From an uncultured Desulfovibrionaceae bacterium (GTDB taxonomy: Bacteria; Desulfobacterota; Desulfovibrionia; Desulfovibrionales; Desulfovibrionaceae), in contig CAYJNA010000001.1 in assembly GCA_964371225.1 (NCBI GenBank), positions 1,582-65,581 on the forward strand: a stretch of 64,000 nt of DNA, read 5' to 3'. The notes beneath the pieces were generated by a model. It worked only from the letters and a program-made list of their open reading frames with translations, ran no database searches and had not been told where the DNA came from. Shown here in pieces: positions 1-9,989 of the stretch. Each line of letters opens with the position of its first letter. Position 1 is the first letter of the stretch. The translations under genes and the position numbers were made by a program.

Positions 1-431
1 CCTAGCACCAAGGATGAAGCCAAAAATGCCCCTGAAACACAAATTTCTTGCCAAAAAGGTACCAAGGACACGGTATAAATCTTGCTCATGGCATAATTTA
101 GCACAAGGGCGGCCAGTCCGGCTAACCATAAAAACAATTTTTCTTGTTTATACACATACCAAAAAAGTATGGCTGTAAAAAGACCTACAAAGAATATTTC
201 ACGGCTTAACCATGAGAAAAAAATATTATTAATGGTAAAAACACTATGCGATGGGGCGCTTAAGTGTAAAAGGGAGAAAACCGTGCCTGCCAGAGCGAGG
301 CCTAAAGCACATCGGCTCCAACAATGCTGCGTACGTGCTTTTTCTCCGCCAAGTGCGGCTTGCAACAGAACCATACCGGCCGAGGCTTGTACAAGCAGGG
401 TAAAGAAGATAAGACTCCACATTCCTTCCAT
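1..431 (-). CDS. dmsC: DmsC-like membrane anchor subunit of a DMSO-reductase-family enzyme (N-terminal part only; runs off the left edge)
   Basis: Not in the ORF track because no stop lies in the window. Minus-strand ATG at 431..429, 2 nt after the dmsB stop. Hand translation MEGMWSLIFFTLLVQASAGMVLLQAAL...FFSWLSREIFFVGLFT is multi-TM hydrophobic, with the SWLSRE motif I associate with DmsC-type anchors. Third position after dmsA-dmsB. Confidence 0.6.
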   Translation of the reverse strand, partial: MEGMWSLIFFTLLVQASAGMVLLQAALGGEKARTQHCWSRCALGLALAGTVFSLLHLSAPSHSVFTINNIFFSWLSREIFFVGLFTAILFWYVYKQEKLFLWLAGLAALVLNYAMSKIYTVSLVPFWQEICVSGAFLASSLVL

Positions 432-433
432 GG

Positions 434-1072
434 TTATACCTCCTCGGGGTTACTTACAAGGGTGCCACGAATGCCATCATCACTTCCCTGAGGTTTAGCA
501 TGCCTATTAGGCACACAAAAGAGATGAGGCTTGGTAATAGACGCTGGTGGTAGAGGTGCCATTTCCTTGGTATAACCAGTTTCTTCTTGTAAGTGAACGT
601 AATTCCCCGTACCTAAAGCACGACAAGGACAAGCGGCCACACAAGCCGGCTCTTTATCTTGTTCAAGGTAATCGCGGCAAAAATCGCACTTACTCATGCG
701 TTTAATTTCTGCATTAAATTGCGGCGCACCGTAGGGGCAATTCCACTCACAATAGCGGCAACCAACGCATAAATCTTGATTAACGCTTACAATACCATCG
801 GAATCCTTATGCATGGCTCTTGTGGGGCAGCCTTTCACGCAGGTGGGGTCTTCGCAATGATTACAAGAAATGGATGTATAGTAGGCAAAAACATTTTGCT
901 CATAGGCGCCATTGCTCATTTCTAACCATTCTCCGCCAGAAAATTCCAAGACACGACGCCACTTTACATTTCGTGGTAAATTATGTTTATCCTTACAGGC
1001 AATCATACAGGCTTTACAGCCAGTACAAAGCTCACTATTGAAGGTAAATGAAGGTTGTCTTAACATATACAT
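434..1072 (-). CDS. dmsB: 4Fe-4S ferredoxin-type electron-transfer subunit of a DMSO-reductase-family enzyme
   Basis: 212 aa with four Cys clusters (CTGCKACMIAC, CNHCEDPTC, CVGCRYCEWNC, CDFC...C...C) typical of DmsB/NrfC/PsrB. Directly downstream of the molybdopterin subunit. Confidence 0.85.
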   Translation of the reverse strand: MYMLRQPSFTFNSELCTGCKACMIACKDKHNLPRNVKWRRVLEFSGGEWLEMSNGAYEQNVFAYYTSISCNHCEDPTCVKGCPTRAMHKDSDGIVSVNQDLCVGCRYCEWNCPYGAPQFNAEIKRMSKCDFCRDYLEQDKEPACVAACPCRALGTGNYVHLQEETGYTKEMAPLPPASITKPHLFCVPNRHAKPQGSDDGIRGTLVSNPEEV

Positions 1073-1095
1073 TCTCCGTGTTTAGCATGCATTGG

Positions 1096-3516
1096 CTAGG
1101 CTCGTTCAATTTGCACAAGATTAGAGTGATGTGGATTACCCTTGGCTAAAGCAGTGGGCTTAAGCTCGGTAAGCACATTAATGCAACCATTACGATCCAT
1201 ACCGTTGGCGTCCGGTGTGTGCCACGCACCTTGCGGTAATGAAACAACCCCCGGCATAATCCTCGGAGTCACGCGTGCAGGCACATAGGTAACGCCACGT
1301 TCATTATAAATTTTAACTTTCTGCCCATGCTTTATACCGCGAGCTTTAGCATCTAAGGGGTTAATCCAAACATCTTGTGGGGCAACTTCTTGTAACCACC
1401 AGCAATTTCCATAACTTGAATGTGTACGTTGCTTATAGTGATGCCCTATAAGTTGTAAAGGATAGGTTTTGCGTAAAGCACTCATGGCGCCTTCAGGGTC
1501 AGCAATATATTCTGGTAGCGGGGTAATGGCTTGCCCCTCTTCCAGCTTCCATGTTTTGGCTTTTTCCGCCAAGGCTGCAGAGTATATTTCAATTTTTCCG
1601 GAAGGTGTTTGTAAGGGATTGGCCACAGGATCATCACGGAAAGCTTTATAAGCAATGTGATTTTTGGGGAAATACTTTTTATATACGCCAAGGGCAAAAG
1701 CTTCTTCCAATGTGGGTGGTAAATCAGGCACATTTTTACGGGAGAGTTCATATAAATGTTCTAACCACTGGTACTGGGTGCGGCCTTCGGTAAACTGTTG
1801 TTTTAAGCCCATTTTCTCGGCAATGCCGGCACAAATATCATAAATACTCATACTTTCACCCAAGGGCTCAATACATTTTTCTCCAAAGATAACATAGCCA
1901 ATATTACTATCACCTGCCGCTGCCCAGTCATGCTCTTCTAAGTTAGAACATACAGGGAGAAGGAAATCTGCATAGCGTGCCGATGGCGTAAGCGTGGTAT
2001 CTAATACCACAATAGTTTCACACTTGCTTTCATCTTGTAAAATGGGATTCATTTGATTAATGCCACCATGCTGATTGGTGATGCAGTTTCCGGCATAATT
2101 CCAAAAGAATTTTATGGGGGCAATGAGTTTATCTCTCCCACGCACACCGGCACTTTCGGCGGTCATGGTGGTATAATCATCAATGGCTTCATACCAATTA
2201 AAGCAAGATATAGACGTTTTTATAGGATTAGTAAGTGTGGGGAAGCTGGCCATACCAAGACCAAAGCCGCTATTTTCTCTGGCGCCGGTATTACCGCCTG
2301 CTATACCCACATTACCTGTGAGCACTGCTAACATACCTATGGCACGAGAAAGATTTTCTCCATTGGTAGTACGCTGTGGCCCCCAACCTTGACAAATAAA
2401 GCAAGGCTTTGCGGCGGCCATTTCACGGGCAAGGCGTTGAATTTTGGGGGCAGGGTAGCCGGTAATGGCTGCAGCCCATGCAGGGGTTTTGGCAAGTTTA
2501 TCCGGCCCAAGGCCAAGAATATACGACTTATATGAAGAGTTTTTAGGTGCGCCTTCAGGTAAGGTGTCTTCATCGTAGCCTATGGTATAGGTATCAATAA
2601 AGGCTTTATCCACTAGGTTTTCTGTAATCATCACATGGGCAAGAGCCGCACATAAGGCTGTGTCTGTGCCGGGGCGAATGGGCACCCATGTATCTCCAGA
2701 AGATACCATGGTATCTGAATAACGCGGGTCAATCATAATCATACGCGTATTTTTACTAAAACGTGCGTGTTGTAGCGTTTTGGCTTTACAGCCTGACATA
2801 CGTGTTTCTGAAGGGTTATTTCCAAAAAATACGGCAAGTTCACTGTTTTCTATGTCAGAAAGCCCATTACCATCTACCCAACCGCCACCATATAAATAGG
2901 GCATGCCTACGGTGATTTGACATGTGGAATAGTCGGAATAATGGTTTAAGTACCCGCCTAAAAGATTCATAAGCCGTGCCACAGGAGTAGCCGCAGGAGG
3001 CCAGCTTTTCCCCATGGTACTGCCAAGGGCGCCGGTACCGTAATTCAAGTACACGGATTCATTTCCATAAGTATCAAGGGTTTTCTTCAGACGCTGTGCC
3101 AGCTCCTCAAAGGCTTCTTCCCAGCTGATGCGCTCAAATTTTGCTTCACCGCGTTTGCCTACACGCTTTAAGGGGTAGGGTATACGCTCTTCTGCATAAA
3201 TGCGTTGACGCATGGAACGCCCGCGCGGACAAGCACGTAATTGCTGTGTGCCGTAAGCGTCATCGCCGGTATTGTCGGTTTCAATGCGAGTAATGACACC
3301 GTCCTTCACATGAACACGCAATGCACAGCGGCTACCGCAGTTTACATTACATGAGTTCCAAAAGACTTTATCGAGGTTTTTAGGGAGTTTTTCACTGGCT
3401 TTAGCTTCACCAGCATTAAAAATTTCTATGGTCATGGGGAAAACGGAGGAAGCAAGTACCATACTGCCCCCCTTGAGGAAAGATCTGCGATTAAGCCTAT
3501 CTGTATCGTGAGACAT
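1096..3516 (-). CDS. dmsA: Molybdopterin (bis-MGD) oxidoreductase catalytic subunit, DmsA/YnfE type, Tat-exported; substrate not determinable
   Basis: 806 aa. Twin-arginine signal (RRSFLKGG). N-terminal FS0 Cys motif CNVNCGSRCALRVHV as in DmsA. Length and order A-B-C match DmsABC. Confidence 0.85.
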   Translation of the reverse strand: MSHDTDRLNRRSFLKGGSMVLASSVFPMTIEIFNAGEAKASEKLPKNLDKVFWNSCNVNCGSRCALRVHVKDGVITRIETDNTGDDAYGTQQLRACPRGRSMRQRIYAEERIPYPLKRVGKRGEAKFERISWEEAFEELAQRLKKTLDTYGNESVYLNYGTGALGSTMGKSWPPAATPVARLMNLLGGYLNHYSDYSTCQITVGMPYLYGGGWVDGNGLSDIENSELAVFFGNNPSETRMSGCKAKTLQHARFSKNTRMIMIDPRYSDTMVSSGDTWVPIRPGTDTALCAALAHVMITENLVDKAFIDTYTIGYDEDTLPEGAPKNSSYKSYILGLGPDKLAKTPAWAAAITGYPAPKIQRLAREMAAAKPCFICQGWGPQRTTNGENLSRAIGMLAVLTGNVGIAGGNTGARENSGFGLGMASFPTLTNPIKTSISCFNWYEAIDDYTTMTAESAGVRGRDKLIAPIKFFWNYAGNCITNQHGGINQMNPILQDESKCETIVVLDTTLTPSARYADFLLPVCSNLEEHDWAAAGDSNIGYVIFGEKCIEPLGESMSIYDICAGIAEKMGLKQQFTEGRTQYQWLEHLYELSRKNVPDLPPTLEEAFALGVYKKYFPKNHIAYKAFRDDPVANPLQTPSGKIEIYSAALAEKAKTWKLEEGQAITPLPEYIADPEGAMSALRKTYPLQLIGHHYKQRTHSSYGNCWWLQEVAPQDVWINPLDAKARGIKHGQKVKIYNERGVTYVPARVTPRIMPGVVSLPQGAWHTPDANGMDRNGCINVLTELKPTALAKGNPHHSNLVQIERA

Positions 3517-3715
3517 GGGTATCTCCTTTTAATTAAGGTAGACGTTGCTTTGTTTGTACATAGAGCACCTCTTTTTAAATAATACCTGTTTAATGTTTTG
3601 GCACTAGGAAAAACCAAAAAAATCTTTTTATAACATACATGACAATGGGGTATTGCCTATGATACGAAACTTAAGAGAAAAATGAGATTTTTTTTAACCT
3701 GTAAGGAGATTTTTT

Positions 3716-3943
3716 ATGAAAGCTAGTATAACATATTGCTCTGCTTGAAATTATGAACCCAAAGCAGCTAGTTTAGCTGCAAAAATACAAGAGAGCTTAG
3801 GCGCTACCGTGGAGCTTATTGCTGGAAGTGGCGGTATTTTTGACGTAAAGGTGAATGATGCCCTTGTCTACTCTAAAGCAGATACAGGCACCTTTCCTGA
3901 TGAAGAAGTTTTATTGAAAGAGCTACAAGCAAAGTATCTGTAA
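3716..3943 (+). CDS. SelW/Rdx-family selenoprotein with an in-frame UGA (Sec) codon at 3746..3748
   Basis: SD AAGGAG at 3703..3708, ATG 3716, TAA 3941. Translation MKASITYCSA-U-NYEPKAASLAAKIQESLGATVELIAGSGGIFDVKVNDALVYSKADTGTFPDEEVLLKELQAKYL has a CxxU redox motif and the GSGGxFxV core of the Rdx/SelW fold. A hairpin lies just after the UGA and tRNA-Sec is in the same window. The ORF track misses it because TGA was read as stop. Confidence 0.8.
3764..3780 (+). promoter_or_regulatory. Putative bacterial SECIS hairpin
   Basis: Perfect 7-bp stem GCAGCTA / TAGCTGC with GTT apical loop, starting 15 nt after the in-frame TGA. Position and G-U in the loop fit bSECIS expectations. Confidence 0.5.
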
Positions 3944-3966
3944 AATTTATGTAATTTAAAATACAA

Positions 3967-3997
3967 AACCTCGTATGAAAGCATGCGAGGTTTTTTT
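3967..3997 (+). terminator. Rho-independent terminator after the SelW-like gene
   Basis: Stem CCTCGTATG / CATGCGAGG (one G-U pair), AAAG loop, followed by TTTTTTT. Confidence 0.6.
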
Positions 3998-4183
3998 GTA
4001 TTTTTTAACAGTGAGTGTGTACACGCTCATTCTTGAAATAATTATGATTTTATTTGAAAAATCTATCAAAGCACTTGACAGATAGTCATTAAAGCAGCAA
4101 ATATTAAGGGCATCACAAAGCTTACATATAATTCATCACACATATATTTTTTGCGTAACAACTCAGCAGATCCGAGGTAAAGT

Positions 4184-5512
4184 ATGAAATTTTCAAGGAT
4201 TCTTTACTGTTGCATGTTTTTGCTCACTCTCTTGTTTACCTACTTTAAAGCTCAAGACTTATTTGATGAGAGTGAAAGAAAGGTAACTAGCCTTTCTAAG
4301 GGTTACGCAGAGCGCATTCAAGCGGTTGTACATCAAGTTATTGGTGACGCACAAAAACTTGAAAAAATCTTCAAATTATATGGCGACAATATCACAAAAA
4401 AAGAATTCGAAGACGTAGCTGCTATTATTTTTAATGACAGTTATTTTCTGGTTATTTCCTATCAACCTGATGGTATTGTAAAATATGTCTATCCGCCTGA
4501 ACCATATCAATGGTATGTAGGCATGAATCTTTTAGAGCGTGATGATACTAAAGTAGATGCTTTATACGCCAAAAATAGCGGTCGTACGGTTTTTTCTGGG
4601 CCAGTTAAAATTGTAGATTATGAAGGTATCATAGCCCGTCGTCCTGTTTTGACAGAAGTGGACAATAGGCAGGTTTTTTGGGGCTTTGTGACCATTGGCT
4701 TTGACAGTAAAAAGTTTCTGACAAATATTATTGAAGTGCAAACTCTTACAAACTTTAACTATGAATATGCCATTGAAACTGTCTATCAAGGCAAACATAT
4801 TCCCGTACTAAAAAGTACTAATTTTGAAAAAGAAAAAGCCACTAAAAGAGTTCTTACCGTGGGAGATCAAACATGGCTTTTTTACTTATATGATAAAAAT
4901 GCTTCCAAGAATTTTTTGATAACTATTCTATTCTACTTTTTTATTTATTTTTCCATGTCCACTGCTATTTACGTTATTTTACGTAAATACGAAATAAAAA
5001 GCCAAAATGCCAAAAAAATGTCCTATATTGATGCACTTACCAAGGCATACAACAGGAAAATTGTTGATGAATATATGGAACATTTCGAAAACGAAATACA
5101 AAAAGGTTTTAGCCTTTTTTATATTGATTTAAATGATTTTAAACCAGTCAATGATATTCATGGCCATGAAGTTGGTGATAGATTACTTATAGCATATGTA
5201 GAACGTGTAAAGCATAAATTTAAACAATCTACAATAGTTGTACGCATGGGAGGTGATGAGTTTGCCATTATTCTTAATGAAAATCTTAATGAAAAAGCCA
5301 TTGCCTCTGTAACACAACGTATTGAAGTTCTATCTAAAGATGTGTTTACCATAAACGGCATAGCTATTCACATTTCAGCCAGTATAGGGCATGCACAATA
5401 CCCTGCTGACGGTGATAATATAACAGAAATATTAGCTAAAGCTGATGAAAAAATGTATGCGTGGAAAAGACGCGTTAAGGCAGAGCGTGCACAAAATGCA
5501 GCCAAGTCATAG
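4184..5512 (+). CDS. Membrane diguanylate cyclase with a periplasmic CHASE-like sensor domain and a GGDEF domain
   Basis: 442 aa. N-terminal TM, a roughly 230-aa extracytoplasmic domain and a second TM. The C-terminal domain has an intact RMGGDEFAII active-site motif. Confidence 0.85.
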   Translation: MKFSRILYCCMFLLTLLFTYFKAQDLFDESERKVTSLSKGYAERIQAVVHQVIGDAQKLEKIFKLYGDNITKKEFEDVAAIIFNDSYFLVISYQPDGIVKYVYPPEPYQWYVGMNLLERDDTKVDALYAKNSGRTVFSGPVKIVDYEGIIARRPVLTEVDNRQVFWGFVTIGFDSKKFLTNIIEVQTLTNFNYEYAIETVYQGKHIPVLKSTNFEKEKATKRVLTVGDQTWLFYLYDKNASKNFLITILFYFFIYFSMSTAIYVILRKYEIKSQNAKKMSYIDALTKAYNRKIVDEYMEHFENEIQKGFSLFYIDLNDFKPVNDIHGHEVGDRLLIAYVERVKHKFKQSTIVVRMGGDEFAIILNENLNEKAIASVTQRIEVLSKDVFTINGIAIHISASIGHAQYPADGDNITEILAKADEKMYAWKRRVKAERAQNAAKS

Positions 5513-5516
5513 TATT

Positions 5517-6413
5517 TTACAACGTTTTATCTGACTTTGCTTTAATGGGTATGCTCCCCAATCCTATACCCACAAGGATAAAAAATCCGGCGAGGAGAAG
5601 TTCTTTGTCAATTTTTTCTCCAAGTAGCCATAAGGAAAAGGCTATACCCACTATGGGGGTGGCTAGTAAGCCTAAAGAGGTTACTATGGCTGGTAAGTGA
5701 CGATTTATAACCGTCATACCCCAAAAACCAAAAGCTGTGGCTAAAAGCCCGCTATAGGCCAATTGCATAATAAGGGTGGGGGTAAAGTGTACATGGGGGA
5801 TGCCTTCCATAAAAATAGCAACCATAGCCGAAAGTATGGAAGCTAGTAACAATTGCCAGAAAACAAGTTGAAAGGATGAGGCATGCCATGCGACAACTTT
5901 AATACCGATAATGGTAATGGCCCAAGAAAACGATGCTGCAAGCAACAAAGCATTTCCAATAAGCTCTGGCCCTATCTGCAATGAATGCATGGCAGGTGCA
6001 AAAAAAATAGCTACACCTACTATTCCTAAAATAACGCCTATGATACGCAAAGAATGTATAGGCTCACGTAAAAAAAATATTGCCGCTGGTGTAACCCATA
6101 GAGGGGTTGTATACCCTAAAATTACAGAACGTCCCACAGAGGCATATTGTAAGCCCACAGCCATTAATGACGCAAATATGGTCATATGAAAAACGCTTAC
6201 AATAAGGATGGCTGGTAAATCTTTTTTCGTAGGTAGTATAAATTGTCTTGTACTTACTTGTAAAAGCAAAATGGCAGCAGCGGCTATAATGGAGCGCAAA
6301 GCATTAGACCAAAATGGAGGTACAGAAAGAACAATAAGTTTTGTGACTGTCCAATTTGTTCCCCAAATAAGTATTATAAAAATAAAAAGTAGTAATGCCT
6401 GTCTTTGTGTCAT
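5517..6413 (-). CDS. EamA/DMT-family transporter
   Basis: 298 aa, about 10 TM helices, two-fold internal EamA-like repeat pattern. Confidence 0.8.
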   Translation of the reverse strand: MTQRQALLLFIFIILIWGTNWTVTKLIVLSVPPFWSNALRSIIAAAAILLLQVSTRQFILPTKKDLPAILIVSVFHMTIFASLMAVGLQYASVGRSVILGYTTPLWVTPAAIFFLREPIHSLRIIGVILGIVGVAIFFAPAMHSLQIGPELIGNALLLAASFSWAITIIGIKVVAWHASSFQLVFWQLLLASILSAMVAIFMEGIPHVHFTPTLIMQLAYSGLLATAFGFWGMTVINRHLPAIVTSLGLLATPIVGIAFSLWLLGEKIDKELLLAGFFILVGIGLGSIPIKAKSDKTL

Positions 6414-6808
6414 AATGTATACATATAACTATAAGTTATATTTTGCTTTGTGGTGTTTTATAGCCGTAAAAATTGTAGCAAACTTTGCCGTAAATAAAAA
6501 TCTAAAAAATTTTTTAAAGGTTAATACTTAAAATCCTACCATTAAGCAAGGCATGTACGGCGTAAAATAAGCCGTCACTTGCTTACGGCGTCCCCGAAAG
6601 GGGTATTTGGAGTGAGCGCACCTTTCTTAAAAACTAGTGGAAACATGTTTTTAAGCATCGAGTAAATAGTTTTTCAAGTTCAGATAACTATTTAAAATAG
6701 TATAGTTATTTTATTTATTGATGCGATAATTTGACATTTATGTACAAAATCTTACTTTAAAAGAATCATTGCATTTTCATTTAATATTTTATTCTAGAAG
6801 AGCTTTGC

Positions 6809-9800
6809 ATGTCTACATATACTAATACAAAATATATATTTTTGAAAGAGCTTTATGCTAAAAGCCCCTGTCCCATATGTTGCATACGAGAAACAGGGGA
6901 ATTATTGTATGCCTCGGAGAGTTTTTTACATTTTTTTAATGCAAAAAGCATTGAATTATGTCAAAATATTCTTTTTCACGACAATAAAACTACCAATTTT
7001 GAAAATGAAAGTTTTACGCAATTATTGATGCATCATTGTAAAATTGCACTACAAAAAGGTGCAAGTCAATTTTCGTGGTTGCATCAAAATATTGCTAAAA
7101 ATAACAATGCTATACAATATACCATAACGTGCATATCTTATCAAAATGAAAGAATCTGTGTTTTACAAATGATTCCAGAAGAAATCTCTTCTAGTTTACA
7201 AAGCAATAACGAATCATTCACAGATGTCATATATATGAGCCCTATTCCCATATGTATATGGGAAAATAAAGATACTATTATTGATTGTAATAAGGCTTTT
7301 TTTACTCTTTTAGGCTACGATACTAAAAATGAATCATTACAGAATTATCAAAAGTTTTTTTCCATCACTAATACAGATTCAGCGTGTACTGTAGATATTT
7401 TTGCTCAAGAAATTGAGCGTGCCTTCATTACTGGTTATTCCAGCAGAGAGTGGATGTGGCAAGGTAAAGATGAAAGTAAAATTCCTGTGCGTACATCTTT
7501 TTTGCGTATAATGTATAATGGAAAAAGTGTTGTAGCACTTTTTAATTATGATATTCGAGAGCTTCTTAGGTCACAACAAGAGGTAAAAGAAGCACAAGAA
7601 ATGCTACAAAAAATGCTAGATCAAATGCCTTTTGGTGTTAATTTAATAAATAAGGATTTTGAACTTATAGATTGTAATAAAAGTGCTTATAGTATGTTTG
7701 GGTTTAGCACGAAAGAAGAGTTCATGCAAAAATTTTATACTTTGTCACCAGAGTTTCAACCCAACGGAGAAAACACAAAAGACGCTACCATAAAAGCGCT
7801 CACACGCACTTTTGATGAAGGCTATATTCGTTTTGAATGGATGCATATTGATAAGTACGGCCATCCTCTTCCTGTAGAAGTAACTGCAGTACGTACAATG
7901 TATAAAAATGAAGCTATGGTTTTAGGGTACACAAGAGACTTGCGTGAAATAAAAGCCATAGAAAAAAAAGCTACCTTTGTGGAAGAACGCAATACGCTTA
8001 TTACTGAAAATGTGCCTTTATGTATATTTTTCTGGAATAAAGACGGCCATATTTTTGACTGTAATATGGAAGTGTTAAAGACCTTTAATCTTGCTAATAA
8101 ACAAGAATTTATAACAAATTTTTATGCTCTGTCTCCTAAATTTCAACCACAAGGAGAAGTTTCTAAAGATATGGTTAAGCACAATAATGCTGAAGCATTT
8201 AAAACAGGGTATAAAAGCTTTGAATGGTTACACCAAAGTCTTGACGGAACATTGATTCCCATGGAAATCATCCTTGTTCGCTCTACCTTGGAAGGGGAAG
8301 ATGTTTTAGTTACCTTTGCAAGAGATTTGCGCGAACTGAAAAAAACACAAGAACTTGTCAAAGAGGCAGAGCTTCGTAATACTTTAATGTTAGACTCCTT
8401 ACCCTTGTGCGTACATTTTTGGGATGAAAACGGAGAGCTTATTTACACCAATCTAGAAGGTGCTAATATTTTTGGTTTTAGTAGTAAAGAAATCTATTTA
8501 GAAAACTTCCGTAAAACTGTGCCTGAGGTACAGCCTGATGGAATTTCTTCTTTCACTCACATTTCAAACCTTATTAAGGAAGGGTTTGAGAAAGGCGTTG
8601 CCAAAGCAGAAATGCTTGGCAAACATGCTTTTACACAGGAAGAAATTCCTCTTGATATACTTGTTATGCGTACATCCTATCAAGGTAAGCAGGGATTAAT
8701 TGCCTATTTGAAGGATTTGCGAGAGCATAGAGCCATGCTTAAGGAAATTCATACCAATGAGCAAGAGTTACGTAAAGCTAAAGACGTGGCAGAAAAAAGT
8801 GCTCAGGCTAAAAGTGAATTTTTAGCAAATATGAGCCATGAAATTCGTACACCTATGAATGGGATTTTAGGCCTTTTACATTTACTTAATCAAACAAAAC
8901 TCGAAAAAACACAAGAAACATATGTAGAAAAAAGTCTTTTATCTGCCAATAACCTTATGCGAATTATCAACGATATTCTTGATTTTTCAAAAATTGAAGC
9001 TGGCAAGCTTGAAATGGAAGAATCTCCATTTACTCTTCACGAGCTGTGTGCAGAAGTAGAGTCTTTATATGCTCCTATGGCTGCAGATAAAGGATTAATA
9101 TTTAATATTAAACCTGGAAATTTTGCAAAAACTGTTTTACTGGGTGATGCGCTACGTTTAAAGCAAGTTCTTTTTAACTTGGTAAGTAATGCCATAAAAT
9201 TTACTCGCTCAGGCACTGTTTCTTTAGAAATAGAAAGCACCTTCAAAGGAAAAGACGAGCTAGGCTGTTTATTTGCAGTACGTGATACGGGCATTGGTTT
9301 AAGTTCAGAGCAAATAGGGCGTTTATTTTCTGCATTTTCACAAGCAGACACGTCCGTTACACGAAAATTTGGGGGTACAGGTTTAGGTCTTGTTATTTCC
9401 AAAAGTATTATTAAGATGATGCGCGGTAAAGTTTGGGTTGAAAGTGAACTAGGTAAAGGATCCACTTTCTTTTGCTCAGCTGTGTTAAACATTAGTCAGG
9501 ACAATTTACAGCTCCTCAAGAACGAATTGCAAAGCGTACAAGAAGAAGTATGTTCAGAGAATTGTGGTCATTTACTTTTGGCGGAAGATAACGATATTAA
9601 CCAGCTTGTGGCCAGCGAAATTTTACAAAGTGCCGGATATACCTTAGATATAGCCAATGACGGCGTAGAGGCTTTAAAGCTTTTAGAAAGCAATACGTAT
9701 GATGCTATTCTTATGGACATACAAATGCCGCATATGGATGGCTATACTGCTACAATAAACATTCGTAAACAAGAAAAATACGCCAATTTGCCTGTGATAG

Positions 9801-9940
9801 CCATGTCTGCTCATGCCATGAAGGGGGATAAAGAAATGAGTATATCCCATGGTATGAACGATCATATTACAAAACCCATTGATCCGGAAGTGCTGTATAA
9901 AACTCTGCAGTATTGGATTACCAATAATAAAAAAATGTAA
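6809..9940 (+). CDS. Soluble hybrid sensor histidine kinase (about five tandem PAS modules, HisKA, HATPase_c, receiver)
   Basis: 1043 aa with no TM segment. Repeated PAS modules share the LSP(E/K)FQPxGE..S..(F/W)EW pattern. H-box [11 protein letters not shown]-boxes DTGIG/GGTGLGL, and a C-terminal REC (LLAEDNDIN...[10 protein letters not shown]). Confidence 0.9.
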   Translation: MSTYTNTKYIFLKELYAKSPCPICCIRETGELLYASESFLHFFNAKSIELCQNILFHDNKTTNFENESFTQLLMHHCKIALQKGASQFSWLHQNIAKNNNAIQYTITCISYQNERICVLQMIPEEISSSLQSNNESFTDVIYMSPIPICIWENKDTIIDCNKAFFTLLGYDTKNESLQNYQKFFSITNTDSACTVDIFAQEIERAFITGYSSREWMWQGKDESKIPVRTSFLRIMYNGKSVVALFNYDIRELLRSQQEVKEAQEMLQKMLDQMPFGVNLINKDFELIDCNKSAYSMFGFSTKEEFMQKFYTLSPEFQPNGENTKDATIKALTRTFDEGYIRFEWMHIDKYGHPLPVEVTAVRTMYKNEAMVLGYTRDLREIKAIEKKATFVEERNTLITENVPLCIFFWNKDGHIFDCNMEVLKTFNLANKQEFITNFYALSPKFQPQGEVSKDMVKHNNAEAFKTGYKSFEWLHQSLDGTLIPMEIILVRSTLEGEDVLVTFARDLRELKKTQELVKEAELRNTLMLDSLPLCVHFWDENGELIYTNLEGANIFGFSSKEIYLENFRKTVPEVQPDGISSFTHISNLIKEGFEKGVAKAEMLGKHAFTQEEIPLDILVMRTSYQGKQGLIAYLKDLREHRAMLKEIHTNEQELRKAKDVAEKSAQAKSEFLANMSHEIRTPMNGILGLLHLLNQTKLEKTQETYVEKSLLSANNLMRIINDILDFSKIEAGKLEMEESPFTLHELCAEVESLYAPMAADKGLIFNIKPGNFAKTVLLGDALRLKQVLFNLVSNAIKFTRSGTVSLEIESTFKGKDELGCLFAVRDTGIGLSSEQIGRLFSAFSQADTSVTRKFGGTGLGLVISKSIIKMMRGKVWVESELGKGSTFFCSAVLNISQDNLQLLKNELQSVQEEVCSENCGHLLLAEDNDINQLVASEILQSAGYTLDIANDGVEALKLLESNTYDAILMDIQMPHMDGYTATINIRKQEKYANLPVIAMSAHAMKGDKEMSISHGMNDHITKPIDPEVLYKTLQYWITNNKKM

Positions 9941-9950
9941 AAGCCATAAA

Positions 9951-9985
9951 AAAAACTCCCGCAATATTGTGGGAGTTTACTTTTA
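9951..9985. terminator. Bidirectional hairpin between the kinase gene and tRNA-Sec
   Basis: AAACTCCC-(10 nt)-GGGAGTTT flanked by an A-run and T-rich sequence. On the minus strand the stem is followed by a long U-run, so it also fits termination of the ubiX/tRNA-Sec transcript. Confidence 0.5.
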
Positions 9986-9989
9986 TAGT

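Noticed and set aside
169-498. 109-aa plus-strand ORF at the left edge
   Set aside because: It lies entirely antisense to the dmsC-like and dmsB coding sequences. It has no SD, and its composition is Cys/Arg/Ala-rich junk typical of a shadow frame.
3517-3715. Looked for a Moco riboswitch or FNR/CRP-type box in the dmsA leader and the divergent promoter region
   Set aside because: The region is AT-rich without the conserved Moco-motif elements or a TTGAT-N4-ATCAA palindrome that I could recognise. No claim is made.
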